From IMG/VR virus record IMGVR_UViG_3300010885_076238, positions 140,312-204,311 of that record: a stretch of 64,000 bases of DNA, one strand, 5' to 3'. A program made the position numbers and the translations under genes. The notes under the pieces were generated by a model, which was not told the origin of the DNA, did no database searches, and saw only the letters and a list, made by a program, of their open reading frames with translations. Shown here one piece after another: positions 1 to 9,363 of the stretch. Positions within the stretch are counted from its first letter, which is position 1, and every line of letters starts with the position of its first letter.

Positions 1-675
1 TCCTACGGGCATCGATCCGGCGACATTGATGAGAATAGTTTGTTCAAGATCAAGATGAATGATGATCGTGTTATGACTAAGGCCGATAGTGTTAGTAACA
101 AGAAGATTGCCATCTGTCTTCTTGTTGATGAAAGTGGTTCTATGGGCTGCGATAATCGAGTCGAAGAGGCTTGTAACACGGCCATTGTCATGGCAGAGAG
201 TCTTCGTGGTATGGAAGGTATTTCGGTATCCATCTACGGCCACTCTGCGGAAGAGTCTCATAAGTATCGCAATGTTACATTGCGTGAGTATTACTCTCCC
301 CGACAGAATAATCTCGCTGCCTGTATGGAAATTAGTGCCCGCGCTCAGAACCATGATTCATATGCTATCCTGCATACTGCTAACATTTTCAATCGTGACT
401 ATCTCGACTATGATCGAAAGATTCTGTTCGTTATTAGTGACGGTGAACCGGCTGGCAGCGGCTATGGCGGCGCTCCTGCTAGGAAGCATATGCTGAACGT
501 CAGTCAGGCTTGTGCTAAGAAGGGTGTTGAAGTGTATGGTGTTGGTGTAGCCAATGCTTTCACGCAGGCTGCTGGCGTGTCGATGTATGGCGATAATAAG
601 TTCGTAGTTCTCAGCGACGTTCGTAGTTCGCTTGGAATTATGAGTCGGTTCATCCGCCAGATTGCGATGAAATAA
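1..675 (+). CDS. vWA-domain protein (CobT/NorD-like), 3' part; gene starts before the window
   Basis: MIDAS motif LLVDESGSM and VISDGEP; the frame is open upstream of the ATG at 40. Confidence 0.8.
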   Translation, partial: SYGHRSGDIDENSLFKIKMNDDRVMTKADSVSNKKIAICLLVDESGSMGCDNRVEEACNTAIVMAESLRGMEGISVSIYGHSAEESHKYRNVTLREYYSPRQNNLAACMEISARAQNHDSYAILHTANIFNRDYLDYDRKILFVISDGEPAGSGYGGAPARKHMLNVSQACAKKGVEVYGVGVANAFTQAAGVSMYGDNKFVVLSDVRSSLGIMSRFIRQIAMK

Positions 676-740
676 AAGTTACCCCCAGGCGTTATCCAAA
701 TAGATCACTAACCCCTAGAATAGAAAGGAGAATAAAAAAA

Positions 741-1010
741 ATGACACGACTTGATACCAAGCAGTTTGCAGAAGTTCTGGATGTTTCATACGTGGTTGCT
801 GCTGGTCTGGTGAAGCATCTTGTTTCCACCGGACAGGCTACCCTCGTTGAGAAGCGTAAGAGCGAGAAGACCGAAAAGAATCCTGCGGGTCTCGGAAAGC
901 CCACTCGTATTTACGAGGTTGCTGACTCTGTGACTCTCAGTCTTCTGCCGCGTGAAGTTGCTACTGTTACCGTTGATGAGACCGTCGATGCTGTTGCTGA
1001 AGCGGCCTAA
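741..1010 (+). CDS. Small winged-HTH-like protein, paralog 1 of 3
   Basis: AEVLDVSYVVAAGLVKHL...GKPTRIYEV shared with 8960 and 12985; AGGAG RBS. Confidence 0.7.
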   Translation: MTRLDTKQFAEVLDVSYVVAAGLVKHLVSTGQATLVEKRKSEKTEKNPAGLGKPTRIYEVADSVTLSLLPREVATVTVDETVDAVAEAA

Positions 1011-1016
1011 CGTCAC

Positions 1017-1073
1017 ACCACCAAGAGAGGGGCGAGAAGTTCCAATACGATTCTCGCCCCTCTTCGATGGTGG
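1017..1073 (+). terminator. Long hairpin after the HTH gene
   Basis: gaggggcgagaa...ttctcgcccctc inverted repeat. Confidence 0.6.
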
Positions 1074-1101
1074 TTGACAAATAAAGTTTCTGGACTATAA
1101 T
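1074..1101 (+). promoter_or_regulatory. sigma70-type promoter
   Basis: TTGACA-N16-TATAAT, both hexamers perfect consensus. Confidence 0.7.
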
Positions 1102-1106
1102 ATGAA

Positions 1107-1250
1107 AGTGTAGGTGCAATCTTTGTGTAGCTACGACAGTCAAGTAGAACTTAATATTAGTGGACATGAAAGCGGGTAAAACCGCCTAGTTAAGAAAAAT
1201 ATGGTGGGCATTCGGGGGAGGATAAATTAGTTTTTATCCTCCCCCTGCGT
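1107..1250 (+). ncRNA. Candidate small RNA between a sigma70 promoter and a terminator
   Basis: No plus-strand ORF; internal hairpin gcgg-gtaaaa-ccgc; ends in hairpin gggggaggataaa...tttatcctcccc followed by a T-run. Confidence 0.45.
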
Positions 1251-1286
1251 TTTTAAATAAAAATAATTTCCATCCGTTATACTTCT

Positions 1287-1589
1287 ATGAACACAAGCAC
1301 CATAAAAGAATACGAGCAGGCATTGATTGAGTGGATCGACACCCTCACGCTCAATGGCAAGTCTGGCCGAAGGGCCGTGTTCGTTGAGAGAAGCCTCAAG
1401 CGAAGGTACAAATTGACGGTGCAGAAGGCCGTTAGAATGTCCCCCAGTCAAATTCCAACCAACTGGTTCAAGGGCTTAGATGAGTTCAAGCTGCTCACAC
1501 TGTGGCATCTGACAAACAATATCAGTCGAAAATTTAAGACTGAAATTCCAGAGCAGTTCAAATTCCGAAAACTTTTGGCGGAGCTGTAA
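1287..1589 (+). CDS. Hypothetical protein
   Basis: ORF directly after a CGTTAT promoter. Confidence 0.6.
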   Translation: MNTSTIKEYEQALIEWIDTLTLNGKSGRRAVFVERSLKRRYKLTVQKAVRMSPSQIPTNWFKGLDEFKLLTLWHLTNNISRKFKTEIPEQFKFRKLLAEL

Positions 1590-1656
1590 AAGTTTTCGGA
1601 ACAAACACCTGATGTTTATAGGCTACCAATAAATAAAAATTATTCTATTTCGTTAT

Positions 1657-2139
1657 ATGATTATGAGCGGCGTAGCAGATATTGAGTATGTGGAATTTGT
1701 CGGAGTTTTAGCCAAGGGAATAGGCAAGAAGCATAAGCGTGATATAGTTTTGTCTTGCGATCTTACGGGTCTGTTGAATCGCCAAGGAATAAGCGGCGGA
1801 AGCTGTTATCAAATTGTCACCAATGACAAAAAATTAATTCAAAAATCACGGGAAACTCTATCGGATTGTTGGATCGACAAAGACTTCAAGAAAAATTTAC
1901 GATCCAACATCAAGAACCACCTCCCAGAGAAACTTTATAATTATCTGGTAATGAGGAGCTTGGATGAAGAAGCCAATCTAAAAGATTTGCTAAATTATAG
2001 TGGTTGGGAAGTTTTAGAGTTGTTGCTGGAGACTGTTAGTCACGAAAGCGATTTCCGCAAATTCTTCGTCAAGATAAGCAAGGATAATTTAGAAATAATT
2101 CCTGCCGATGGTCAAGACAAAGTTAGCATTTCTTGGTAA
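1657..2139 (+). CDS. Hypothetical protein
   Basis: ORF after box + promoter. Confidence 0.6.
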   Translation: MIMSGVADIEYVEFVGVLAKGIGKKHKRDIVLSCDLTGLLNRQGISGGSCYQIVTNDKKLIQKSRETLSDCWIDKDFKKNLRSNIKNHLPEKLYNYLVMRSLDEEANLKDLLNYSGWEVLELLLETVSHESDFRKFFVKISKDNLEIIPADGQDKVSISW

Positions 2140-2141
2140 TT

Positions 2142-2429
2142 ATGCGATTATTAATTAGAAATCCCTACCGTATTAAAAATAATTTCAAGAACCTGTTTTG
2201 CAGGTATTGCCATATTTTTGGTCATAAATATTTTGAGTTCGAAATACTAAGGGATAATTATTATTTATTTGAAGCCGAAGCTAAGTGGACAACCAAACGA
2301 GATCATGCAGGAATTAAAATAATAATTGGAATTTTTGGTTATGCCATTGGAGCAACCATTTACGATAATCGACATTGGGACACTAAAAAAAATTGTTGGA
2401 TTGAATCGCCGCTGGTAAAACCAAAGTAG
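2142..2429 (+). CDS. Hypothetical protein
   Basis: ORF coupled to the upstream gene. Confidence 0.55.
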   Translation: MRLLIRNPYRIKNNFKNLFCRYCHIFGHKYFEFEILRDNYYLFEAEAKWTTKRDHAGIKIIIGIFGYAIGATIYDNRHWDTKKNCWIESPLVKPK

Positions 2430-2594
2430 ACTCGGCGGGCCATAAACCCCCTAATGCGTACCTGAGCAGATCGCCTTCGTGGTGGATGGTGATACAGGTG
2501 CATTACAAAAGCCGAAATGTACCTAGTTGTCTGGTAATCAGTAGGGCTAAACCCCGAATGCCAGTCCCAAAAGGACAAGGGACAACCGGCGATT
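2404..2594 (+). ncRNA. Unassigned multi-stem structured RNA candidate
   Basis: Closing stem aatcgccg/cggcgatt; internal stems tcggc/gccga, taatgc..acctg/caggt.gcatta, gttgtc/gacaac, gtcc/ggac. Confidence 0.55.
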
Positions 2595-2640
2595 TTTTCT
2601 CTTGAAAATTAAAAATTTAACGCTATAATAATCATGTGAC

Positions 2641-2713
2641 GGCCCCATCTTCTAGAGGCCTAGGAAAGCGGACTTTCACTCCGCTAACATGGGTTCGAAT
2701 CCCATTGGGGTCA
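2641..2713 (+). tRNA. tRNA-Glu(TTC)
   Basis: Cloverleaf; anticodon arm GCGGA-CTTTCAC-TCCGC; GGTTCGAATCC T-arm; TTGAAA-N16-TATAAT promoter at 2602-2629; no encoded CCA. Confidence 0.95.
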
Positions 2714-2725
2714 CTATAATTCATC

Positions 2726-2986
2726 ATGCTCAATCACGAAGGCAAAGTTTTCAATCCTTACTCTTTCAAAGAGCTTACTGGTTGGGAATTAGAGATTGTT
2801 GCTTTTTTAGATGATCAATATGATGCCAAAGCCAAGGATTATTTACTTGGAGACTTGAGTTGGGCAGATTACGTTCAGTCTAAAGAGCAAATCATATCGG
2901 ACTTTTTTACAAAAAGGTACGGTAAAATTTATCTCGACCGTCTGCCTGATAATTTGAAAAATAAAATATTGGCTTATTCGTTATGA
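2726..2986 (+). CDS. Hypothetical protein, ...NKILAYSL C-terminal family
   Basis: C-terminus shared with the next two genes. Confidence 0.65.
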   Translation: MLNHEGKVFNPYSFKELTGWELEIVAFLDDQYDAKAKDYLLGDLSWADYVQSKEQIISDFFTKRYGKIYLDRLPDNLKNKILAYSL

Positions 2987-2990
2987 AACT

Positions 2991-3200
2991 ATGAAATCCG
3001 ATATTGATCTTTTTTTGAAGCCAGTTTGTGAAGAATATAACAAAAACCAAAGTGAAATGTCATTAAAATTAATTTTGGATCTGGTCACTTGTTTGCCAAA
3101 CAAAAAAGAACCGATATTTGATCCAAAGTTTGTTTTTCAACTTATTCATAAAGAATTGCACGAAGAACTAAAAAATAAAATATTGGCTTATTCGTTATGA
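2991..3200 (+). CDS. Hypothetical protein, ...NKILAYSL family
   Basis: Same C-terminus. Confidence 0.6.
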   Translation: MKSDIDLFLKPVCEEYNKNQSEMSLKLILDLVTCLPNKKEPIFDPKFVFQLIHKELHEELKNKILAYSL

Positions 3201-3532
3201 AATATGAAACAAGTACGAACATTAGAGACTGGCTGCCTACTTGGCTTAAGTATGACAAAGTAGAAAATATAAAATTCTATAACGGAATTCCAGCAGTAGA
3301 ATTTGTGAATGAACTTCTTGATTGGGTAGATAATTCCAAGCTGGGCGATCTTAGAAAGAAAAAATACACACACTTCATCATATATCATGCAGTTCAAGCC
3401 CTAACCAGAGAAGTGAAAAATCTCCAGATAGCTTATAAAGAATTAGTTGATTACATTAATTGGCTAAGTAAGAAGCTTAAGAAACCTCTTCCCGAAAATG
3501 CTCGTAATCAAGTAATCGCATATAGCCTGTAG
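3197..3532 (+). CDS. Hypothetical protein, ...NQVIAYSL family
   Basis: Related C-terminus LPENARNQVIAYSL. Confidence 0.65.
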   Translation: MKYETSTNIRDWLPTWLKYDKVENIKFYNGIPAVEFVNELLDWVDNSKLGDLRKKKYTHFIIYHAVQALTREVKNLQIAYKELVDYINWLSKKLKKPLPENARNQVIAYSL

Positions 3533-3708
3533 TCATGTTATACTGTGTAACATGATTGAATTCATATTTTCTTGTTTTTGTATTATTATTTGCGGAATTT
3601 CTGGCTATTTAATTGGCGAATTTATTAAATTAAACACCTGATGTTTATCTGAGTCTGACCTGTCCGCTAATATACAAAAATAATAAAAAAGCCAATTCGT
3701 TATGAATT

Positions 3709-3969
3709 ATGGCAAATACTTCCGTTCTTGAAGAGTTGAAGAAGTTCATTCCCTACGCTGTGCAAAACAGTGTTAGAAGGAAAGAGCGCCAAGGATCTGA
3801 GCAGTGGATGAAAGAGTTTGACGAGCAATTAATTAATATGTATTTGACCGGAGTGAAGAAGCGTAAGAGCGATAAGGCTCTATGCGAATATGCCAAGTTG
3901 ATTGCTACTGCAAATGGCGTTGAACTTCCTGACAACATTAAATATTTTCTAATTTTATTGAACATATAA
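3709..3969 (+). CDS. Hypothetical protein
   Basis: ORF after promoter; LPDNIK C-terminal motif. Confidence 0.6.
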   Translation: MANTSVLEELKKFIPYAVQNSVRRKERQGSEQWMKEFDEQLINMYLTGVKKRKSDKALCEYAKLIATANGVELPDNIKYFLILLNI

Positions 3970-4002
3970 AATAAAAATTAGTGTCGTTCGTTATGACATT
4001 AT

Positions 4003-4075
4003 GGGGCGTTCGTCTAACGGTCAAAGACGCCAGTCTTATTAACTGGACATGGGTGTTCGATTCACTCACGCCCTA
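4003..4075 (+). tRNA. tRNA-Ile(TAT)-like with pyrimidine at position 37
   Basis: Acceptor GGGGCGT/ACGCCCT, D-stem GTCT/AGAC, anticodon arm CCAGT-CTTATTA-ACTGG, T-arm GGGTG-TTCGATT-CACTC. Confidence 0.8.
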
Positions 4076-4089
4076 CTAGGAGATTTACT

Positions 4090-4386
4090 ATGTGTGAAGA
4101 TTGCGAAAAGAAGTGGGCTGAAAGCATCTTTGAAGACGATGAGTTTCGTGGCAAGATTCTTGATGACTTTGAAATCCAACACTTTTGTGATGGGACATTC
4201 AGATTCAACAGCGTTATTGCAACTGACTTTGCAAAATTTCTAAAGGAACAAGGAGACGAACACGGTCAGTGGGAAGAAGATTCTTCTGAAGAAGAAAAGA
4301 TCGAATCGGCTACTGGCGTTGTTCATCGTTTGTTGGACATAGTCGGAGAAAGCCAGCAGCATCTTGCTAAATTTTCTTTGAATTAA
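4090..4386 (+). CDS. Acidic hypothetical protein
   Basis: AGGAG RBS; D/E-rich. Confidence 0.65.
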   Translation: MCEDCEKKWAESIFEDDEFRGKILDDFEIQHFCDGTFRFNSVIATDFAKFLKEQGDEHGQWEEDSSEEEKIESATGVVHRLLDIVGESQQHLAKFSLN

Positions 4387-4470
4387 ATTGCAAAAGGCTG
4401 GCTGGTTTTGTTGCAAAAGGCCGTATAAAATAAAAAGAAAATAATTTCGTTATGGTCTTAGAGGTGAAAT

Positions 4471-6189
4471 ATGGCGGATAGTGCGATTCTAAACAGATAC
4501 GATGGGCCTTGTTGTTCTTGTGGCAATTTTGTGCCATCTTCTGGAACTGAGCAAGGCTATGCCGTAAAGGAAAGCGGTCGTTGGAATCGTTACTGCAAAC
4601 TGTGCAGTCCGATCAAGCTAAAGACTGACCGCAAGCTTACAAAAGATGGTCGAATCTATATGCCATTCGACCGATCCGCTCTTGATATACTCAGGAGTGT
4701 TCCTGGTGCTTGGTTTGACCGTCAAGAAGTTTGTTGGCATGTGAGTTTGAAAGAGGGGGATCGTGCTCGTCTTTTGGAAATCGCTGCTGCTCTTGAATTG
4801 GAAGTAGACCCAGAACTCCAGAATATTGAGTTGTCTCAGCAATCTATCGATGCCGCTGACAGTGGTCTTTATCCATTTCAGGTTCATGGCGTCGATTGGC
4901 TGAGTAAGGGTTCCCATCGTCTTCTAGGAGACGATATGGGTTTGGGCAAGACTGTTCAAACCATCATGGCTCTTCCCAAAGATGCAGCAGCCATTGTTGT
5001 TGCACCTGCCAGCGTAAAATACAATTGGAAGAAAGAAGTAGAAAAGTGGAGGCCTGATCTGGAGGTTGCAATCATCCCTAATGAGAAGGGATTTAGGTTG
5101 CCTAGATTTGGCGAGGTTGTAATTTGCAATTATGAGACGCTCCCAGAATATCTGGAGCCTAAGAAGATTACTCCTACTTCTAAGAGTTGGGAAGTCGCCG
5201 TGACTTGGCCATCGTCAGAGATGGCTAAACATTCTAAGAATATCACCCTGATCGTTGACGAGGCGCAAAAAGTAAAAAACTATAAGACTAAACGATCCAA
5301 GCGTATCAAAGGCTTGAGCATGAGTGCCAAAAATATTTGGGCATTGACCGGCACTCCGTTGGAAAATCGCCCAGAAGATTTGTTCGGAATTCTTGAATCT
5401 CTTCAAATGCAGATGAAAGTATTCGGTGGATGGGGCAAGTTTGTCAAGTATATGAACGGCAACAAAAACAGATGGGGCGGATATGAATGGGGCAAGCCTA
5501 GTCCTATCGTTCCTGAGTTGCTCCGTCGTGTTATGCTTCGACGCAAACGCGAAGATGTCCTCCCAGACCTTCCGTCCAAAACTTACTCATATGTAAAGGT
5601 TGATCTTCCTAAGCATTTGAAGAAGTATATGGATGATCTCTGGGCCAGATATGAAGGCACTATCAGAGAAAAGAATCTTCCGCCGTTCGAAGAGTTCTCT
5701 AAAATTCGTGCCGATCTCGCAGCATCCAGAATTGACGCTGTCATTGAGCTAGTAGAGGAGCATGAGGAGGACGAAATTCCTCTTGTTGTATTTTGTTCGC
5801 ATCTTGAACCGTTGAATAAATTGGCGGAACGTGATGGGTGGAAGAAGATTACTGGAGATATTTCGCCTATCGAACGTCAAAAGATTGTCGATGAATTTCA
5901 GTCTGGGAAACTCAAGGGAGTTGCCGTCAGCATCAAAGCCGGTGGTGTCGGTATTACTTTGACTAAAGCATGGAAAGCAATCTTCGTTGACCTTGATTGG
6001 GTTCCGGGCGCAAACCAGCAAGCCGAAGACAGAATCTGCCGTATCGGTCAAGAATCAAATAAAATTGAAATCGTTCGAATGGTGAGCGATCACGCTCTCG
6101 ATATCCACGTTCTTGATCTAATCGATTGGAAGATGCGTATCATCGAACAGTCGGTTGACGCTAGTGTGACAAGTGTAAAAAAAAAGTAG
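4471..6189 (+). CDS. SNF2-family (SMARCAL1/HARP-like) helicase with N-terminal Cys cluster
   Basis: LLGDDMGLGKT, IVDEAQ, LTGTPLEN, QAEDRICRIGQ motifs. Confidence 0.92.
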   Translation: MADSAILNRYDGPCCSCGNFVPSSGTEQGYAVKESGRWNRYCKLCSPIKLKTDRKLTKDGRIYMPFDRSALDILRSVPGAWFDRQEVCWHVSLKEGDRARLLEIAAALELEVDPELQNIELSQQSIDAADSGLYPFQVHGVDWLSKGSHRLLGDDMGLGKTVQTIMALPKDAAAIVVAPASVKYNWKKEVEKWRPDLEVAIIPNEKGFRLPRFGEVVICNYETLPEYLEPKKITPTSKSWEVAVTWPSSEMAKHSKNITLIVDEAQKVKNYKTKRSKRIKGLSMSAKNIWALTGTPLENRPEDLFGILESLQMQMKVFGGWGKFVKYMNGNKNRWGGYEWGKPSPIVPELLRRVMLRRKREDVLPDLPSKTYSYVKVDLPKHLKKYMDDLWARYEGTIREKNLPPFEEFSKIRADLAASRIDAVIELVEEHEEDEIPLVVFCSHLEPLNKLAERDGWKKITGDISPIERQKIVDEFQSGKLKGVAVSIKAGGVGITLTKAWKAIFVDLDWVPGANQQAEDRICRIGQESNKIEIVRMVSDHALDIHVLDLIDWKMRIIEQSVDASVTSVKKK

Positions 6190-6625
6190 TAGTAGATAAA
6201 AAAGAACCAGAGCTAGATGCTAAGACGTTACGAGAATTAGACGAACAATATTCAAAAGAAAAATCAGATAGAAAGAATCTCCAAGAAACAATAAATTTCA
6301 TGAAGTCTCTTCTAGATGACGATGACGAATGAATGCCTTGCACAAATTTTAATTACTAAAGTCCAACTTAAGAATAATTTTTAATTTACTTAATTTGGGC
6401 GTTAGTAATTAATAATTTATATGACGAATACCTGATGTTTATTAACTGATTTTTCTTTTCGAAAATAAGTCAAGTTTACGCAAACCTTTGTGGCATAAGG
6501 ACTTACGACAAAAAACTTTAACTTATTCATCCTAAGTCCTTATGTGACAGTAGTTTACGTCAAATCAAAGATTGCAAAAATAAAAATATATATTGATCGT
6601 TATCTGGGAACAAGGAGAAAATTTT

Positions 6626-7012
6626 ATGGGCTTGGACATGTACGCTTACGCTGTTGACCCCAAGGAATGTGAGAATTTTGATGAATTCTCGTGCAAATTC
6701 AAAGGCGAATACAAGCCAGATGAAATTTATTACTGGCGCAAACATCATGATTTGCATGGATGGATGGAAAATCTGTACCGTAGCAAGGGCGGTCTTGAGG
6801 AGTTCAACTGCCAGAAGGTGATGCTGACTGTGGATGATTTGAATGAGCTTGAGAAGGCACTTATCTCTAAAGGATTGCCTAGCACCACAGGATTTTTCTT
6901 CGGAAATAATCCTCCTGATGAAGAAACTTTGAACGAAGACCTTCTTTTTGTTGCTAAGGCCAGAAAAGTAATAGAAGAAGGAAATGTTGTATACTACGAC
7001 AGTTGGTGGTAA
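6626..7012 (+). CDS. Conserved phage hypothetical protein (MGLDMY...WRK...YDSWW type)
   Basis: AAGGAG RBS before ATG 6626; familiar phage motif pattern. Confidence 0.75.
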   Translation: MGLDMYAYAVDPKECENFDEFSCKFKGEYKPDEIYYWRKHHDLHGWMENLYRSKGGLEEFNCQKVMLTVDDLNELEKALISKGLPSTTGFFFGNNPPDEETLNEDLLFVAKARKVIEEGNVVYYDSWW

Positions 7013-7043
7013 AATAATAAAAAATAAGGAGCGTTATAAGATT

Positions 7044-7625
7044 ATGGACACTAAACTTTTTGATAGTCTGACCCGAGGTTGTTTTGAAGAACGATTTTTC
7101 GCCTATATGAAGGCTGTTGGTCTTGATCTAGTAACTGTCGCCTACAGTGGTGGTGGCGATAGTGGAGGAATGGACTATATGGAGTTCGATCCAGCCGTAA
7201 ACGACAAGATCAAGGACGGGATCAAGAATGATTTAGAAGAGCAACTTTGCAACCCAATTTATAGTAAGCATGGAGGCTTTGCCGATGGCGGCGGGTATCA
7301 TGTAAATGGTCAAGTGGTTTATGACGCTAATACTCAAACTGTCAACATTAGCGGAACAGACCATATAACCACCTACACTTATGAAGAAGGGCTAGAAGAC
7401 GAAGAGGCGGATGAAGAGACCAGACAAGAAGACTGGGAAGAGTGCGTTTATAGTAGGAGCGCAAAGCATCCCAAAAGTAAGGAATCCGACTACCTGTTTG
7501 CCTATCTATACGCCAGAGATTTTCTTGATAAGAAGTTGCCGGAAGACCTTCATAATAAAATGATGACCGAAGCGTCCATCAACGAAGATGAACACGCTAT
7601 AAAATATATGATAGAAATAAAATGA
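7044..7625 (+). CDS. DUF6878-like protein
   Basis: YSGGGDSG motif. Confidence 0.55.
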   Translation: MDTKLFDSLTRGCFEERFFAYMKAVGLDLVTVAYSGGGDSGGMDYMEFDPAVNDKIKDGIKNDLEEQLCNPIYSKHGGFADGGGYHVNGQVVYDANTQTVNISGTDHITTYTYEEGLEDEEADEETRQEDWEECVYSRSAKHPKSKESDYLFAYLYARDFLDKKLPEDLHNKMMTEASINEDEHAIKYMIEIK

Positions 7626-7834
7626 TGCGATATAACATTGACACTACGAATGGCGACCTTGTTCAAATCGACCTTGCTGGTGATTCTTGGATTGCCTCTG
7701 ACGACACTTCAATCCTTGTCACTTTGATAAAGTTCAACACTGACCCTTCTCAAAGTCTTTCTCTTTCCGTTACTAAGAAGGACTTGGAAAAAATAGTTTC
7801 TAATTTAAATATCATCCTGCCTAATAATAATTAA
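7622..7834 (+). CDS. Hypothetical protein
   Basis: ATGA overlap with the upstream gene. Confidence 0.55.
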   Translation: MMRYNIDTTNGDLVQIDLAGDSWIASDDTSILVTLIKFNTDPSQSLSLSVTKKDLEKIVSNLNIILPNNN

Positions 7835-7853
7835 TCTAAAGAGTTATGTAAAT

Positions 7854-8084
7854 ATGAGATATCGAGATCAAATTAAAGAAGCCCGTAAGTGGTCGTATGT
7901 TGAAGCCGGATTCAGCGAGGAACTTCCTCCTGATGAGCGACAGGTCGCTCTTGAACGAGCGAATGCTTTGTACGAAGAAGCTGTCAAAGAGTTAGAAGAA
8001 CTTGAGGCAGAAGAAGACGAGAGCTATAGTAAGTACGAACGCAAGTATATCAAGACTAAGAAACGTTGGGATAATGCAGCATGA
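7854..8084 (+). CDS. Hypothetical charged protein
   Basis: ORF ending in -NAA. Confidence 0.6.
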   Translation: MRYRDQIKEARKWSYVEAGFSEELPPDERQVALERANALYEEAVKELEELEAEEDESYSKYERKYIKTKKRWDNAA

Positions 8085-8308
8085 TCTGCACAAATTCCAA
8101 GGAAACAAAATAAAATAAAAAATAATTTGTTTCCTCTACGGAATTAGGCTCCTATAATTAATATTTTATAGGGTCGAAACACCTGATGTTTATTTTTGGT
8201 GCAGCACTTTCTACTACTTATAGAGAGGCGGTCAAAAATAATTTTCCTCTTCGACCGTTATGCAGTATGGCAGCGATTGAGACTGCCAAGCTCAACTGGG
8301 AACATGAA

Positions 8309-8551
8309 ATGTATCTGGTTCTGATGATTAGCAACAACCGCGTCACCTACGCAAAGGCGTTTGACCAGTGGGATTCGGCTGTGCTGTGTGCTGACAACGT
8401 GGTTATGGATATTGCCGGGGTTTCAAACGATATGCTCGATTGGGAGAACGGCGATTACCGCACGGTCTACGAGCATACAAACGGCACTACAGTGACGATT
8501 GAGACGCTGGACGGGCCGGGAGCTAAGAGTTCGGAAATTCTTGGTTCGTAA
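8309..8551 (+). CDS. Hypothetical cassette protein
   Basis: Start re-assigned downstream of promoter and leader hairpin. Confidence 0.6.
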   Translation: MYLVLMISNNRVTYAKAFDQWDSAVLCADNVVMDIAGVSNDMLDWENGDYRTVYEHTNGTTVTIETLDGPGAKSSEILGS

Positions 8552-8626
8552 GAAATAATTTTCGATCTAGTTCGTTATCCCAATGTGGCAGCGATTGAGA
8601 CTGCCGCAGCAACCGGAGCAAAAAAG

Positions 8627-8872
8627 ATGAAGAAAAATGTTTGGTTGAGTTCTGACCCCGCAAACACCGAGGGCGGAGACATGGGCTTCTGGTGGAATCG
8701 TGGTTGCAACAGCATTGCCGCTGTCTCTGTTGATGAAACCGGGCTGCGTTTCGATGGCAGCGACTTCACGGTCGTCATCGACAACCCAGGCCAGACCAAC
8801 GAGAGCGTGAAAGTGCTGGTCAACGACGTGGTCGTCTTCGGTTCTGTCAAGACCAAGGCCAAGGCGAGTTGA
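8627..8872 (+). CDS. Hypothetical cassette protein
   Basis: GGAG RBS after the leader hairpin. Confidence 0.6.
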   Translation: MKKNVWLSSDPANTEGGDMGFWWNRGCNSIAAVSVDETGLRFDGSDFTVVIDNPGQTNESVKVLVNDVVVFGSVKTKAKAS

Positions 8873-8878
8873 GTCCTA

Positions 8879-8910
8879 CCCTCCCCTGCCCATCAAGGGC
8901 AGGGGAGGGA
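8879..8910 (+). terminator. GC-rich hairpin between cassettes (no U-tract)
   Basis: ccctcccctgccc-atcaa-gggcaggggaggg. Confidence 0.55.
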
Positions 8911-8959
8911 GCTAGAAAATAATTTTCAATCCAGTTCGTTATACAAGTAGGAGAAAAAA

Positions 8960-9322
8960 ATGAGAATTACTGCTAAAGAAGCTGCTGATCGTTTGCGTGT
9001 GAGTTATGTAGTTGCTGCGGGCATCATGGCCCACCTAGAAGAGACAGGCGCAGCGAAGGTTGTGGAAAAGAAGTTCCATGCCAGCGGGAAGGGAAAGCCG
9101 ACTCGCGTGTATGAAGTTGAACAGCATACTGTGCTGAACTTCGGAGACGTTGCTGCTGCTGCCGCCGCACCCGTAGTCGAGCCAGTTGTAGTCGAGCCAG
9201 TTGTGTTCACGACTCCGGTTGTCGAGGCTCCGGCTGTTGTCGAGGTTGTCGAGGAGAAGATCGAAACGCTCGACCATGTAGCGGCTGCGTTGGCTCGACT
9301 CAAGGCCGACAACGCCGCGTGA
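8960..9322 (+). CDS. Small winged-HTH-like protein, paralog 2
   Basis: TAKEAADRLRVSY...GKGKPTRVYEV with a low-complexity V/E/P linker. Confidence 0.75.
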   Translation: MRITAKEAADRLRVSYVVAAGIMAHLEETGAAKVVEKKFHASGKGKPTRVYEVEQHTVLNFGDVAAAAAAPVVEPVVVEPVVFTTPVVEAPAVVEVVEEKIETLDHVAAALARLKADNAA

Positions 9323-9363
9323 AATAAAAATTGATTTATTTCGTTATCTGATTAGGAGAAACA

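Noticed and set aside
4030-4046. Ochre-suppressor (TTA) reading and stop-codon recoding
   Set aside because: The 5-bp stem and 7-nt loop register gives TAT, and genes are intact under the standard code.
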